A DNA stretch of 64,000 nucleotides from Squalus acanthias (GCA_030390025.1 CM059432.1:48982001-49046000), one strand, 5' to 3'; shown: positions 49,320 to 62,400, counted from the first letter of the stretch. The notes: generated from the letters alone by a model not told the origin. A program made the numbers and translations.

Positions 49320-50165
49320 TAAAAAAAAAAATTTATTCATTCACGGGATGTGGGCATCGCTGGCAAGGCCAGCATTTATTGCACATCCCTAATTGCCCTT
49401 AAGAAGGTGGTGGTGAGCCTCTTTCTAGAACTGCTGCAGTCCGTGTGGTGAAGGTACTCCCACAGTGCTGTTAGGGAGGGAGTTATGGATTTTGACCCAA
49501 TGACGATGAAGGATCGGCGATATACTTCCAAGTCAGGATGGTGTGTGACTTGGAGGGGAACTTCAAGGTGATGATGTTCCCATGCGCCTGCTGCCCTTGT
49601 CCTTCTAGGTGGTATAGGTCACGGGTTTGGGAGGTGCTGTTGAAGAAGCTTTGGCAAGTTACTGCAGTGCATCTTGTAGATGGTACACACTGCAGCCACA
49701 GTGCGCTGATGATGAAGGGAGTGAATGTTAAAGTTGTGGATGGGGTGCCGATCACACATGCTGCTTTGTCCTAGATGGTGTTGGGCTTTGGGGAGTCAGG
49801 AGGTAAGTCACTTGCCACAGAATACTCAGCCTCTGACCTGCTCTTGTAGCCACAATATTTATGTGGCTTGTCCAGTTAAGTTTCTGGTCAATGGTGACCC
49901 CCCAGGATGTTGATGTTGGGGATTAGACAATGGTAATGCCATTGAATGTCAAGGGGAGGTGGTTAGACTCTCTTTTTGGAGATGGTCATTGCCTGGCACT
50001 TGTGTGACGCGAATGTTACTTGCCACTTTTCAGCCCAAGCCTGGATATTGTCCAGGTCTTGCTGCATGCGGGCATGGACTGCTTCATTATCTGATGAATA
50101 CGAATAGAACTGAACACCGTGCAATCATCAGTAAACATCCCCTCTTTGACCTTATCATGGAAGGA
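49320..50165 (-). mobile_element. LINE family A 3' fragment
   Basis: Reverse complement of the family 3' end (GGGATGTGGGCATCGCTGGCAAGGCC...) back to GMFTDDCTVF. Confidence 0.9.
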
Positions 50166-50169
50166 ATGG

Positions 50170-52075
50170 ATGGATACATTTCGAATGCAAAAAATTTGCA
50201 GAAGCAAGCAGGTGATGGGGAAGCAGGAGGCCTTGTCCCAGCTCAGGGTAGGCATTGTCCTGCTCTTTACTTCCCCCTCAGTCATATTAAAGGTCCCCAG
50301 TGCGCTATCTGCAATATGACATCAAACAGCAGCTTAAAGCAAGTTACCTGCATACTAATATCTAGTAAGTAGTTTGCAAGATGGGCTGTTACCACGGTCC
50401 CTCTCTAAATGTTCACAAATACAACAGAGAAAGCTGAGGCTGGGCCTTCAAAAGATCCTTTATCTAGCAATTCACTTTGTGACACCATCATGATTTGGCA
50501 GTCAGCATCCCAGGGTTTTAGATGGGGAGCATGGCGGGAGAGGTTGCCACCTCTTGCAGCTGCGTGAGCTGTATTCTCTGATCTCCAGAAACCTTCTCAG
50601 AGAAAAATGCTTTCAGACATTGAGAGATTGTTGTCGTCTCCCGCAAAATGGCAGAAAGTATATAGGCATCCACATTCCGCATGTGTGGAGTGGCGATTCA
50701 CAGTATTGAAAGCAGACATCCTTAGAGAGGGTGACAGCTCCTGGGCTTTCTACTGCGTAACCCCTCAGAGCAGAGGTCTTTGTACCATTCTTATGAATAT
50801 CCTTCTGCTGTAATTCAGGCCTTCAGCTGCAATGTGTCTTCCTCACTGGGTTGGCTTACTGATGAGCTCACTTAACCCAATAGAGAAATAGTGACCGTCT
50901 TGCATGATGTCAGTGCTGCCAATACTCAGATCAGTGGGCAGATTGATATGCAGGCCAGGAGCAGGGACCGACCTGTGCTACTTATGGATGATACAGTCTT
51001 TCTGGATCACATTACATCCACAGCCGGCCACCTCCCCTCCTTGACTGCACAGGCCCCTGAATTCCTGCAGGACCAGGCTGCCTCTGCAGCAGCGAATGAG
51101 CCGCTGCTTGAAGCTGCCACATCCAGGGATTGTGCTGATACAGACTGAGAGTCAACTTGGGACCCCATACCTGACAATCTTCCTGCCCAGTTCCTGCCAC
51201 AGGGATTTCAGCAAGAAGTAGCATGAGATTAATTGTGAGCAAAATGCATACCCACTGGCAGGAAGGGGAAGCACCATGGTGGCAAGCATTAGTTTCAGAC
51301 ACAAGTATGGCTTTGCCAGAGTAAAATGTTGCGACACCAGCAAATGCTGTGTGAAAGGTGAATTTAATTTCAGATACCACATTTGTGTTGGGAAAATGGT
51401 GCTGCTGCGGAATGGTGCTATTGGGAAATGAGCATGCATTGCTTTGAGATGTTGTAGAAGTGGTATTATTGCAGGGCATGATGGGATGTGAGCTGGTTGT
51501 GAGAATGATTCCTCAATTATGTTCTGACGGATGCCTCTTGCAGATGGTTCTTGAGCAGCTGGGAATCGCTTGAGACCTCATACTCCACTTCTTCCTCCAG
51601 ATAACATCAGGATACTCCAGGGGAGTGTCCCAAAAGAAACCATTACCCTGGAAGCCTGTGAAGTAGCCTTCCAGCATTCATTGATGTTTCAAAAGATTAT
51701 TTCCCCAATAGATCAAAGCTGGAATCGAATCAAAATTAAGGAACACCAAATACCAAACATTTGAACAAATACTGTACCATTCTCTGCCTTTGCAAATGTA
51801 GTTTGCAGCACTCAAAATGCTTCCTTCGTCGTCTTTGCGCCCTTTAGTCATGTAGGCAAGTGTCACCTGACCTGCGATGAACACAGGAAATGAGATCACA
51901 GGTGGATTTGACATCACAGGAGTGACAAAGATAGAAGTTTTAAATACAAGCACCTTCTTGTGGCGCAGTAATGCAAGTCCTGCCAAAACAGGATCGTGTC
52001 TCAGTCCAAATTTCTGGTTTGTACTGCCCCACCAATATTCACACTTCTGGCTTTAGAGCCAGGAAAATTCGCTCT
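50170..52075 (-). mobile_element. Possible very old Harbinger/Myb remnant
   Basis: Minus strand near 51530-51600 reads EEVEYEVSSDSQLLKNHLQ (weakly Myb-like); TIR-like GGAAAATTCGCTC near 52062-52074; otherwise unresolved. Confidence 0.3.
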
Positions 52076-52552
52076 AAAATGAGAAAAATATAGCTAGAAT
52101 TATAACTTATTCTTACTGGTTTACAGTGCTATAGTTGAACCCACTGACCTTCCTGTTAGAAGGTTCCAACGATTCTTATTTTTGCACATGATGGAATATG
52201 TAACTGAATGTGACGGATGCATAATAACTGCCTAATGACATTTGCTCTTCACTGAAAGGCAATAAAATTCACTCTATTTATTCCACACCCTATCAATCAT
52301 AAACAGAGTTGGATGTTATGGTATGGAATGCAAGGTTTATTTTTCACCAAGATCCATAGTATTATTGGTAGCAGTGACGAACAGGCATGTTTTAAATGAC
52401 TAACAGCTGTAAAAGGCTGACCAAGTACGGCAATTATTTTTTGATGCTGCACATGTTCTTACCGCTGTGCCTCCTTTACTCGAGTATTCACAGCACTGAG
52501 GTTGTAGGGCTATTCTTCACACCTACTAGACGGACACTGGCAAGAATTAATG

Positions 52553-53055
52553 GAGGTGAAATCGGATAGCGCCGGCCTACCAATACAAAGTAGGAGCAGG
52601 GAATGATCCCTGCAAGGTAGGCCCAAGGCCTGATCGAAATTAGGCCTTATTTAAATTAGACCAGTGATCTGCGGACGCCTGCAGAGCATCCAAAGGCAGC
52701 TCGCCGGCAAAGCAAAGGTAGGTCCTGGCAGTTGGGAGAGCGGTGGGAGGCAGGGAAGGTGGGGCCAGTAACGGTCTTCAGGAATGCCGTGGAGCCGGGA
52801 GGAGCACTCCTGATCCTCCCAGCTCCACATTAGGTAAGTATTTTTAAAAGAACTTACATTTCTAGTGGCAACCTCCAACAGTCCATTTAAGAGTCACTGC
52901 TGAGATCTGGGTATCCTGAATGCAGCCGGCTCGGTGCTATTCCAGGTGCTTATCTGATCCCTAATTATAGCTCACAACTTATTTAGAGGATTTAATGCTG
53001 TTGCCTTTGCACTGGATGGCCCACTGTCTGGGAGAGGTTTCCTACATTTTACCCC
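52553..53055. mobile_element. Probable degraded MITE
   Basis: GAGGTGAAATCGG...CCTACATTTTACCCC termini around a GC-rich interior. Confidence 0.4.
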
Positions 53056-54454
53056 ATAGACTGAAAACAGCACAATCTTGGGTGCACCTTCACGGGAGCT
53101 CTCAACCACAGTTCACCCAGAGTCAACACACAAGCACCAATTACCAGGCTGTAGTGACTAAAAGAGTACTGCAATATTACAAAGAACTCACCCATGGCTT
53201 GAAGACACTTACAAGCAGAATTAAAATAATTTGATAACCATTCCTGTTAATTAGCAGGAAGCCAGCTGAAGTGATCATGACCATGCAACCTGCTTTTCTC
53301 TGAATACACAAGCTCAACAAGCAGCACGTAGCAAGGCTCAACTTATCAATTCACACAGACACCAATGTATTGTTACAATAGTGGCAACACCAGCAAAGGC
53401 ACAAGACCAACCCAAAAATAGAGCGAGTGAGCAGGAAACAATGAGTGACAGTAAATGTTCTGGATCAGACAGTCAGGGAGATAAAATAATATAAGTCATG
53501 CATACATTGCATAATGCTTAGGAATGCCTCAATTGCTGCATAAGAGAAAACAACAGCTGTGTGTTCAGAGTTACCACTGCACTTCATTAACAAGTAGACA
53601 TCTGTTGTGCTTGTCCCAGGTTAGTTCCTTGTTCTCATTTTGTAGGCTGTAATAGCCCGGTGTTAATTTGTCCCACTTCCAGTGTTGCAGTTTATTACAT
53701 TCTATTGATGTAATAGTGAACATTCTAGCAAAGCTTAGTCAGATAGCACCTCTAACTACATCTGAGTAAGTTGGCAGTTCCACATCATGTATCAATGCAC
53801 AACAAAAACTAATCAGACAGCCCTCAACTCAAGACCTACTTGACACTCAACTGGAACATTACCAACTGGATGATAAGCAAGTATCAGGAGAAGCAAAGTG
53901 TCAGGCTGATAGCTAATTTCCCAACTTCTAATGCAAGGTCAAGGTGCCAAAATTAAACCTGCATTAAAAAAGGTATAATGTCTTCCAGAAATCTCTGAGC
54001 TTTTGCTTCAATGCACGTAACAAGTCTACATATGGGATTTCATTTCTCATGGAATAGTTTTTGATCTACAGGAAGTTAGGAAGATGCATACATTACTCAA
54101 GAGAAACCAATTTAATGCTGATTAGGCCACGATACACAGGAGACACCCTGAGGACATGTTTAGAGGCTTAGTAAGTGCAAGATCTTTCTTTCATGCTTTA
54201 GGCTACTTAACTAAATCATCCAAAAATGGCTGACAGTCTGCAGCTCAACTGGGAGACCGATTGCTTTGATCTGGTAATTGTCAATTCAAAGGTTTGAAGT
54301 ATAATTTTATTCATAAAATGGGAGACAGCATTTTAGCACAGTAGATTTGTAAATGTTTGGGAACAGTTGCTATTTGACTCCACACAATGTTTGTTGAGCT
54401 TTACATTAGCATTCTATAGTTATTTATTATAATGTTGTATTTTAGCAACCTAAA

Positions 54455-55215
54455 GCAAGAAAGAAATATTTTGGACTTAGTTAGTGCCTTATCACGTCCT
54501 CAGGATATCTCAAAGTACTTCCCCACCAGTTAATTACATCTAAAGTGCACTCACTGTTATGCAGGTAAATGTGGCAGTCAATTGTGCAGAGCAAGTTCCC
54601 ACAAACTGCAAGTGTGGTGAATGATCAGTTAATCTGTGCTTTTATGGTAGTGTTGGTTGAGAGAGTAAAGTTGGCCAGGACACCAAGATAACTCCCTGTT
54701 CTTCTTTAAGTAGTACCATGAAGGATAAGTCATTGATGAAGCAGCTGAACATGATCGGGTGAGGATGCTACCTGAGGAATTCCTGCTGATGATTGGCCTC
54801 CAACAATCATGCCCATCTTCCAACCATGGGATTTCTTTCCCTATGACTTCCGTTGACTTCAGTTTTACTAGGGCTCATCACTGACCTAATTGGTCAAATG
54901 TTGTGTTGACCTTGAGGGCAATTACTGTCACCTATCCTTTGTAGTCTGACCCCAGAGAAAATGACCGTGAAAGCTGGCAGATTATCATAAAAACCCAACT
55001 GTTCTCTAAATATTCTTCAGGGAAGGAAAATTGCCACCCCTGCCCAGTCTGGCCTACATGTGGCTCTAGTCCCACAAATAATTCCAGTCCTGCACTACTT
55101 GCTTAACTCTTAATGCCCTCTGAAGTGGCCTAGCAAGCTACTGAGTTGTACAAACTATCACTATTGTCAGGACATCTAGTGACGGCCAAATAAATGTGGC
55201 CTTGCCCACATCTTG
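54455..55215. mobile_element. Cluster: Deu-SINE fragment (minus, 54455-54720), LINE A fragment (minus), SINE fragment with LINE A-like tail (plus, 54955-55215)
   Basis: Similarity by eye to 26668-26924, to the LINE A RT region and to 33600-33733. Confidence 0.6.
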
Positions 55216-55554
55216 AAAACATTTTTTTTTTCAAAACTGACCCTACCCCTTATGAAAATCATCAGTGGAGATCGGTTTCTGGTGACAACCTCCCAGGATT
55301 TCAGCTGTAATGTAAACAAGACTGAACCTGTTTCTGGATTGGTTAAGATTGGGTCTCATGGCTCTCCTTGTCTGTATCCATCTCATGAAACTGTATTATG
55401 GGCAGTCAAATAATGCATATTTGGTAAGACAAGTGATTTATCACTCAGATCTGCACAGAAACCATTATTTACACTACTTCTAGGTCTTTTTAAATGTAAA
55501 ACTGCATTACACAATGTAGTGCAGAGATTTAGGAGATTTGGTATGCAATATAAT

Positions 55555-56262
55555 GGGCCAGATTTTGCTGTAGCAGGGCATCTTATGGCGTCTGCCGTTA
55601 GTTAAGCTGAAAACATTTTTGCCCACTAAGTTGCTGAAAGTGCGAGCTGATAACGGCGCAGTGAGGGAAAGAGGGCATCTGGGACCTGAGTGAACAGGGC
55701 AACCAACAGGGTATCTCCTTAACCAATGAAATTTAAGGATTGAGAAAAAAACAGTGGAAGGACTAAGAAGGAAATGTAAATTAGAGTGGGTGAATTAAAT
55801 GTCAAATCAGGTACAGAAAGAGAAATAAAGAGAGGGACAGAAAGATTGGAATAAGAGAGAGAAAAAAGAGACAGAAAGAGAAAGTAAAAAAAAAATTAAA
55901 TTTGACATTTTTAAAATCTCCAACAACAATTAATACCTGAAGGAATGAGACTCTATACTTGTAATAGTTAATTTTCAGTGCCAGAGAGGTTGATTGGCAG
56001 TAATTAGCAATTATCACGTCGTTAAAAGGGTAATGTCTGTAATGAGGTTCTTCACGACGTTCAATGCATATCAATGGTGAGGCAGCTGCAAAATGCTCTT
56101 TTCGCAAAGCTGATGGCAGAGTGGCGCAACTTGGACAGCAACTCTTGGATATTGGCATATAGCCGCACATCTGCTCCTCGCCAGAAGTTGCTGTACTATT
56201 TACGCATAAATAACGGCGAGCGCCATTCGCCTCACCGTTATTTTGATAGCAAAATCTGGTCC
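55555..56262. mobile_element. Harbinger-type MITE
   Basis: TIRs GGGCCAGATTTTGCT...AGCAAAATCTGGTCC; TSD AAT; interior is the reverse complement of 5383-5905. Confidence 0.88.
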
Positions 56263-57018
56263 AATGTCATATAAAATCACTTGATTTTACACTGTGGAAT
56301 TTGAGTGACTGGAACTATTGAGCCCAGGAATATTTAACAGTGCTGTGGTTTTTATTTTTTGTTACCTGTTCAGGTTCCTGCACACACATCTTTCCTTGAC
56401 AGATAACATTTACTGTATTATATTTTGCATTTAATTTTTGCATGAAATAGGAATGGGATGATATCCTAAAGAAGAATGTCACATCATTTTATTGTAATCT
56501 ATGAATATCAAAAGCTAGATCATCTTTTGTGACCAGATATCTCACATCATTATATGTAGATTGCATTATTATCTTCTAAGTCTTCTACATATGACTGTAA
56601 AACTGAATAAATTACATTAGAGAAAAATAGATATTGTTCTATTACCCTTTGTTGCCATACAGTCCCGACTGTTGAGTTCTCACATCAAATACTGTCAAAT
56701 TTGAATAAAAATCACACACCACTTTCTAGGTAGAACAGGCAGCATCCATCCAGGAATTTATAAATGCCTTTGACCTAGAAATTGGATATGGCCAAATGAT
56801 GTTCTAGGTAGCACGTAAAATTTGTGCTCACTCCTCATTAACATGATTATAGTCATGATTTCAGCGCTAAAACTGCTGCTCATTGGCTTAACGCTCAACA
56901 GGTGGACCAGTATCGGGGCCAGTCTAATTCCCAGTCATGTGTGCCACAGGCTTTTTCCACTACTTAAAGGGAAGGTGCATTGAGGCTGCAGCACCACATT
57001 GTCAAAGCAGTTACAACT

Positions 57019-57121
57019 GGAATAACAACAGAAAACGCTGGAAAAACTCAGCAGGCCAGGCAGCATCCGTGGAGAGAGAAAGAGAGTTAACGTTTCAGGT
57101 CGATGACCTTTCGTCAGAACT
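57019..57121 (-). mobile_element. ~100-bp PLE family 2 pLTR fragment
   Basis: Near-identical to 1518-1620; consists of the hammerhead and downstream sequence, without the tail. Confidence 0.9.
57085..57121 (-). ncRNA. Minimal hammerhead ribozyme motif (PLE family 2)
   Basis: Minus strand: AGUU-CUGACGA-A-AGGUC-AUC-GACCU-GAAACGUU-AACU. Confidence 0.8.
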
Positions 57122-57156
57122 GTGAAGAGCCGGAAACTGGAGTTGCCCCAACAACA

Positions 57157-57221
57157 AGGGGCAGGGGCAGGGGCAGGGGCAGGGGCAGGGGCAGGGGCAG
57201 GGGCAGGAGCAGGAGCAGGGG
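57157..57221 (+). repeat. (AGGGGC)8(AGGAGC)2 microsatellite, G-quadruplex-capable
   Basis: Direct reading; eight consecutive G4 runs. Confidence 0.95.
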
Positions 57222-57237
57222 AAGGCAGTCGAAAGCA

Positions 57238-59100
57238 ATTGCAGAGCGTCCTAATAGGGAGAGAGCCAGGAGGTGCTCGGACAAAGCTCTGGAGGCACTC
57301 GATGTGGCCGTGGAGAGGAGGTGGGCTGCACTTTTCCCCCAAACTGGCAGGAAGCCCTCGGCATACACCACCTGTACGATGTGGCAAGAGATAGCCGAAC
57401 ATGTGACGGCGAGTACTGTGGTGCCAATGTCCGCCATCCAGTGCAGAAAGAAGTTCAATGACCTCACACAGGTGGTCAAGGTGAGTGAAGACTTCAGCAA
57501 ATGCCATATCCCACCATCTGCATCACAAGCCTCACACACTGCTCAATGCACCATACCCCCAGCACTCACCTACCAACAATCTCTACCTGTCACCACTCAC
57601 ACCTCACAATCAGAGCTTCACTTCACCTCACAATCTTACCACTGCTGCAACACTCACACCCACATCTCACATCTTGCACATATTGACAGTTATTCAACTA
57701 TGGCAGGCAACTTATCCAAACACATTGCACCACACTCACACACTTCCCTTTCTCTTGCAGGCCAAGTTGGCTCATAACCGGAGGGAGCAGCAGCAGACAG
57801 GCGGGGGGCAGGCTGAAATGTAGGACCTTAGCCAGCTCAAGGAAAGAGTTCTCCAGCTCATTGAGTGGCACGGCATAGAGGCCGTGGCAACCGGTGAGGT
57901 TGAACCCCTTGGGGTTCCTAATCCTTCTTCTCACATCCCACTTTCCCCTTAGCCCACAATCTCTTCTCACTTTCAAGCTACTCATGCTGTATGCATGTAT
58001 ATCTGGCTTCCTCCCAACCCCCCACCTCACCATAACCCGACACTTGTGCCTTTCTGCTTTCAGATAATCAACAAACACTGGACCAGCCTGTCCCTTAGGT
58101 CATGCAAGAGAGCGAGGGGGGAGAAGAAGAGGCAGACACTGCACTGTCACTCGCAGACACCAGCTCAGGAACTGGCACTACATGTACTTTAGTAGTGGAA
58201 TCTGCACAGGGCAAGGCATTGGACACGAGTGGGCTGCAACAAGGCCAGGGGAAAGGGTAGCTCGGGGGCCAGCTCCCCGGAGGGCGAGTTCTGCTGCACA
58301 GGACTCAGATGAGGACCTCAATGGAGAGGCCTGCAAAAGAAGGGTGATGGGCATGCACACCGACTTGATAGGTGCAATGTCAAGCCTGCCAGAGAGCCTC
58401 TCGGCAATGTCAAGGAGCGTGAAGGAGTCCGCCTCCAACATTGCACAGTGCTCTGCGCAGAACTTGAAGCCCAGGATTTGCAGCCTGGAAATGATTGTAT
58501 ACTCTCGAAATAGACCGTGTCAACCCAGATGTGATGGTGCGTGTGATGGGCGATGTCGCAGCTTCCACTTCCGCACAGGTGGAAGCGACCCAACGTCTTA
58601 GTGCTGCAGCAGAAGCTCAGCTCACTCTCATGCAGTCTCAGCTTGATGCCACCCAAGCTCTGACTTCTGCCACCTTGGCTGGGTTTACCACTGTCAACTG
58701 GGGCTTGCAGGGTGTCGCAGCATCCCAGCAATCTGTGCTCCAACAGATTGCTAGGAATGCTGAGGTGCCGCCCTGGGGGAGTGCCAGTGGGTCTGTGAAG
58801 CAGGACCCTGCTGTCCTCTCTCAAGAGGACAGCATTCCTGTTCCCACCACTGCCACTTGGCCATTGCCTTTGCCGCTGCCAGTCAGCCAGCCAGCCCAGA
58901 CTACTGCCACCCATGCCGAGATGGTACAGTCTACAGCAGGGCCTTCTCGGGCCACAGCTGCTTGAGGGCGTCCTGCAAGGCCATCTGTAGTATCCCCCAT
59001 GGAAACTCAGCAGCCTTCCACCAGCCCTGCTGCAGCCACTGGGAGAACACTTCGTCAGAGCACTAGAGTAGGCAAAGGCACAGTAACGACAGGCACTAAG
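57238..59100 (+). pseudogene. Three-exon Harbinger Myb/SANT-like gene
   Basis: Exon 1 RARRCSDKALEAL...MWQEIAEHV...QCRKKFNDL, donor GTGAGT at 57481; exon 2 from 57761 (AKLAHNRREQQQTGGG, then stop); exon 3 from 58064; same layout as 16991-18899. Confidence 0.85.
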
Positions 59101-59345
59101 GCATTACACAAGGGAAATAGTTCCTATTTTTGCTGTAAATATGTGTTCACTGATTTTTGATAAATTCATTACATTTGTTTGGAATCTTTTGTGGTGTTTC
59201 TCATTTCAGCTTTGTGCCCAGGAGGACGCTGTGATATTCCATGACAGAAAGATGGTATGATGCGGAGATGCCGGTGTTGGACTGGGGTGGACAAAATTGA
59301 GAGGTCGCACAACACCAGGTTATAGTCCAACAGTTTTATTTTAAA

Positions 59346-59383
59346 TCACAAGCTTTCGGAGTTACAACTCCTTCGTCGGGTGA
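59346..59383 (-). ncRNA. Minimal hammerhead motif, variant core CCGACGA
   Basis: Minus strand: UCAC-CCGACGA-A-GGAGU-UGUA-ACUCC-GAAAGCUU-GUGA. Confidence 0.65.
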
Positions 59384-60158
59384 AGTGAGGAGATACAGAA
59401 TCGTCAAAGCATATATAGATAGAGAACAATGCATGTGTAACTTACAATTGCAGACAACTAAATTCAATCATCCTGACTGTTTATCTGCCGAGGTGTGATA
59501 AAGTTAATCAGGTCAGCCAGGAAGGTACCACATCAAAGACATAGCAAGATACAACTGAGACAATGAGGTGGAGTCGCATGGGGTCTAACGTGTCAAAAGC
59601 GGCCGTCTGTATGTAAAACGATTAACTTTAAAATTTTTACTTTTTTACTGGGAATCACATCTGTGAACAAGCCAACGACGACTCGAGTCCGGATCACGTC
59701 ATGTATCGTGACATAAACCCAAGATCCCGGTTGAGACCGTCTTCATGAGTGCGGAACTTGGCTATCAGTTTCTGCTCGATGATTTTGCGTAGTCGTGTTT
59801 TCCTAAGGCCGCCTTGGAGAACGCTTACCCGCAGATCCGAGGCTGAATGTCCTTGACTGCTGAAGTGTTCCCCGACTGGGAGGTAACAATCCTGCCTGGC
59901 GATTGTTGCGCGGTGCTCGTTCATACGTTGTCTCAGTGTCTGCATGGTCTCGCCGATGTACCATGCCGCGGTGCATTCTTTCCTGCAACGTATGAGGTAG
60001 ACAACGTTGGCCGAGTCACATGAGTATGTACCATGTACCTGGTGGGTAGTGTCCTCACGTGTGATGATGGTATCTGTGTTGATGATCTGGCATGTCTTGC
60101 AGAGTTTGCCGTGGCAGGGTTGTGTGGTGTCGTGGTCGCTGTTATCCTGAAAGCTGGG

Positions 60159-61051
60159 ACAACCTCACGATGCTCCACTTCTCCAGCTTCCACCCTAACC
60201 ACGTTAAAGAAGCCATCCCCTATGGACAAGCCCTGCGAATACACAGGATCTGCTCAGACGAGGAGGAACGCGATGGACACCTACGGACGCTGAAAAACGC
60301 CCTCGTAAGAATGGGATATGACGCTCGACTCATCGATCGACAGTTCCGACGGGCAAAAGCGAAAATTCGCATAGACCTCCTCAGAAGGCAAACACGGGAC
60401 ACAACCAACAGGCTACCCTACGTCGTCCAGTACTTCCCCGGAGCGGAGAAACTACGCCATGTTCTTCGCAGCCTTCAACATGTCATCGATGACGACAAAC
60501 ACCTCGCTAAGGCCATCCCCACGCCTCCACTACTTGCCTTCAAACAGCCGCCTAACCTCAGAAGTACCATCGTTCGCAGCAAATTACCCAGCTTTCAGGA
60601 TAACAGCGACCACGACACCACACAACCCTGCCACGGCAAACTCTGCAAGACATGCCAGATCATCAACACAGATACCATCATCACACGTGAGGACACTACC
60701 CACCAGGTACATGGTACATACTCATGTGACTCGGCCAACGTTGTCTACCTCATACGTTGCAGGAAAGAATGCACCGCGGCATGGTACATCGGCGAGACCA
60801 TGCAGACACTGAGACAACGTATGAACGAGCACCGCGCAACAATCGCCAGGCAGGATTGTTACCTCCCAGTCGGGGAACACTTCAGCAGTCAAGGACATTC
60901 AGCCTCGGATCTGCGGGTCAGCGTTCTCCAAGGCGGCCTTAGGAAAACACGACAACGCAAAATCATCGAGCAGAAACTGATAGCCAAGTTCCGCACTCAT
61001 GAAGACGGTCTCAACCGGGATCTTGGGTTTATGTCACGATACATGACGTGA
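60159..61051 (+). CDS. 5'-truncated PLE RT thumb + GIY-YIG, uninterrupted
   Basis: DNLTMLHFSSFHP...CHGKLCKTC...VVYLIRC...WYIGET...HEDGLNRDLG. Confidence 0.9.
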
Positions 61052-61361
61052 TCCGGACTCGAGTTGTCGTTGGCTTGTTCACAGATGTGATTCCCAGTAA
61101 AAAAGTAAAAATTTTAAAGTTAATCGTTTTACATACAGACGGCAGCTTTTGACACGTTAGACCCCATGTGACTCCACCTCATTGTCTCAGTTGTATCTTG
61201 CTATGTCTTTGATGTGGTACCTTCCTGGCTGACCTGATTAACTTTATCACACCTCGGCAGATAAACAGTCAGGATGATTGAATTTAGTTGTCTGCAATTG
61301 TAAGTTACACATGCATTGTTCTCTATCTATATATGCTTTGACGATTCTGTATCTCCTCACT

Positions 61362-61399
61362 TCACCCGACGAAGGAGTTGTAACTCCGAAAGCTTGTGA
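61362..61399 (+). ncRNA. Minimal hammerhead motif, variant core CCGACGA
   Basis: UCAC-CCGACGA-A-GGAGU-UGUA-ACUCC-GAAAGCUU-GUGA. Confidence 0.65.
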
Positions 61400-61469
61400 T
61401 TTAAAATAAAACTGTTGGACTATAACCTGGTGTTGTGCGACCTCTCAAGAAAGATGGTATGACAGGGAT

Positions 61470-62400
61470 GTGGTGTGCAATAGTTGTGGAGCATGACCAC
61501 TACGAAATGGGACACCCACTCTGACGAGTACTGGAGGGCTCCTCCTGAACAGTCAAGGCAACGGAACCATTACTTCAGTAGGCCGATGGTCTGCTTGATG
61601 ATGTTCCTGGTGGCAGCATCGCTCTCATTATATGAGTGCTGGACACGAGTGTTGGGGTTGCGGAGGGGAATTATGAGCCAGGTGGAGAACGGATAGCCCT
61701 TGTCTCCGAGCAGCCACCTTTGGGTTTGACGTGGTGGCTGGAAGATTGCTGGCACACTGGACTGATGCAGGATGAAGGCATCATGACTGCTGCCAGGATA
61801 GTGGGCACTGACCATCAGGATGCGCTGGCATGGTCGCACACCAACTGCACCTTAAGTGAGTGGTAGCCTTTGTGGTTATGGAAGATCTCAGGATTGTTAT
61901 ACGGCCCACAAAGCCACGTGTGTGCAGTCGGTGGTGCCCTGCACCATGGGGAAGCCCGCTATCCTGGCAAAGCCACATGCGCACTCATCCTGCTTCTCTC
62001 TGCTCAAAGAGAAGAAAACGTTATCCCTTCTCCTGGTGTAGAGAGCCTCAATGACCTCCCGGATGCAGCAATGGACGGCGAACTGGGAGATGTTAGCTAC
62101 GTCTCCTGCTGCAGACTGGAAGAAGAAATTGAGGCCCACGGTGACCTTGACTGCCACTGGGAGAGCCGTGGTCATCCTGCTCTGAGGCTGCAAGTCTGGT
62201 TGCAGGAGGTGGCAGAGTTCTGTGACCACCTCCTTGGTGAAGCGTAGCCTCCTAATACACTGCTCCTCGCTTAAATGGATACAACAGAAGTGCTCTTGGA
62301 AGACCCTAGGTGGGTAAGGCCTCCTATTTAGAGCCCTCCTGGCACTCCTCTTCCTCCCTCTGTGAGCATCTTCTCGTCTTCTTCGCTCACTCTACCGAAG
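61470..62400 (-). pseudogene. HARBI1-like Harbinger DDE transposase, frameshifted
   Basis: GFPMVQGTTDCTHV, YPGSSHDAFIL, WLLGDKGYP, YNESDAATRNIIKQTIGLLK*WFRCL in ORFs 61897-62229 and 61570-61839. Confidence 0.92.

Larger units (their letters stand above)
59261..61447. mobile_element. PLE family 1 fold-back insertion C
   Basis: Tail 59261-59297; 861-bp inverted repeats 59298-60158 and 60587-61447; spacer 60159-60586; 15-bp TSD AGAAAGATGGTATGA at 59246-59260 and 61448-61462. Confidence 0.97.

Noticed and set aside
57103..57237. RG-repeat domain fused to the Myb protein
   Set aside because: The ORF start lies in a PLE fragment and the repeat is a microsatellite upstream of the likely, mutated start (ATT at 57238).
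61470..62400. Host HARBI1 gene
   Set aside because: Frameshifted, intronless, paired with a Myb-like gene between TIRs: a transposon copy, so no gene symbol was assigned.
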